NCBI GenBank assembly: GCA_963806185.1
Contig: CAWDXE010000001.1
Location: 928,001 to 992,000, forward strand
Reading direction: 5' to 3'
Length of the DNA: 64,000 nt
DNA from: an uncultured candidate division Zixibacteria bacterium
Lineage (GTDB): Bacteria; Zixibacteria; MSB-5A5; GN15; FEB-12
Shown here: piece by piece, positions 63,583 through 64,000 of the stretch
How the letters are laid out: every line of letters begins with the position of its first letter
How positions within the stretch are numbered: the stretch's first letter is position 1
The notes under the pieces: model-generated
The model's database searches: none
The model's input: the letters and a program-made list of their open reading frames with translations, nothing else
Told to the model about the DNA's origin: nothing
Made by a program: the position numbers and the translations under genes

Positions 63583-64000
63583 ATGATAACCAAGAAGACG
63601 GAGTATGCCATCCGCGCCCTCTGGGAGCTTTCGACTCACCCCGAGGGTCAGAGTACCGCCAACGAAATTGCCCAACGTCAGGCGATTCCCCCCAAGTACC
63701 TTCCCCAGATTATTGCGGAACTGGTTCGGGCTGGATTGGTTATTACTGCCAGAGGTTTTGGCGGCGGCCTGCGACTGGCCCGCCCGGCGTCCGAAATCTC
63801 GCTCCTTGATGTCATTGAAGGAATCCAGGGGAAGTTCACGATGTTTGAATGCCAGATGGGTACAATGGAGTGTATCCACCTGCCGGATTGCGACCTAAAA
63901 GACGCGTATTGCGAGGCGCAGACGGCGGTCGAAAGAGTTTTCACCAATAAGCGGCTGTCCGACATAAGGCTCAGCTCGCCGCAACGGGGACCCCATGCCG
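63583..64000 (+). CDS. Rrf2 family transcriptional regulator, 3'-partial (absent from the ORF track)
   Basis: Hand translation gives MITKKTEYAIRALWEL...EIAQRQAIPPKYLPQII..L.RAGLV...RGFGGG.RLARP..EISLLDVI...ECQMGTMECIHLPDC. No stop before the window end. Confidence 0.92.
   Translation, partial: MITKKTEYAIRALWELSTHPEGQSTANEIAQRQAIPPKYLPQIIAELVRAGLVITARGFGGGLRLARPASEISLLDVIEGIQGKFTMFECQMGTMECIHLPDCDLKDAYCEAQTAVERVFTNKRLSDIRLSSPQRGPHA

Overview
A gene-dense bacterial chromosomal window of moderately high GC. The FlgD-Ig C-terminal sorting domain, TPR Ser/Thr kinase and secreted S74 protein suggest an FCB-related lineage such as Zixibacteria (inference only). Contents, left to right: (1) 1-16.9 kb, a glycoprotein/N-glycan degradation locus with an SSS symporter, GH38, PNGase F-like amidase, GH20, PQQ-type propeller, GH3-PA14, DUF4838, GH29 and a C69 peptidase, and no SusC/D pair in the window. 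(2) 16.9-25.8 kb, a hyf-like Ehr membrane complex whose large subunit lacks the NiFe cysteines, headed by an HTH-PTS EIIA regulator with a palindromic operator and followed by yjdJ/yjdI-like genes. (3) A TPR Ser/Thr kinase, a ~1650-aa repetitive secreted protein and a hybrid histidine kinase. (4) A lower-GC metG-gltX pair, fur-katG, a secreted S74 fibre protein and tmRNA. (5) DoxX, an APC permease, an SDR/aminotransferase operon with an inserted HEPN-like gene, a stand-alone pYEATS gene, an ECF S component with a methyltransferase, uvrA, rqcH, pepF, an NTF2-like protein and a partial Rrf2 gene. Several genes look leaderless. Four genes carry single-base frameshifts, probably residual assembly errors. 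No CRISPR array, rRNA, tRNA, integrase or transposase was seen.
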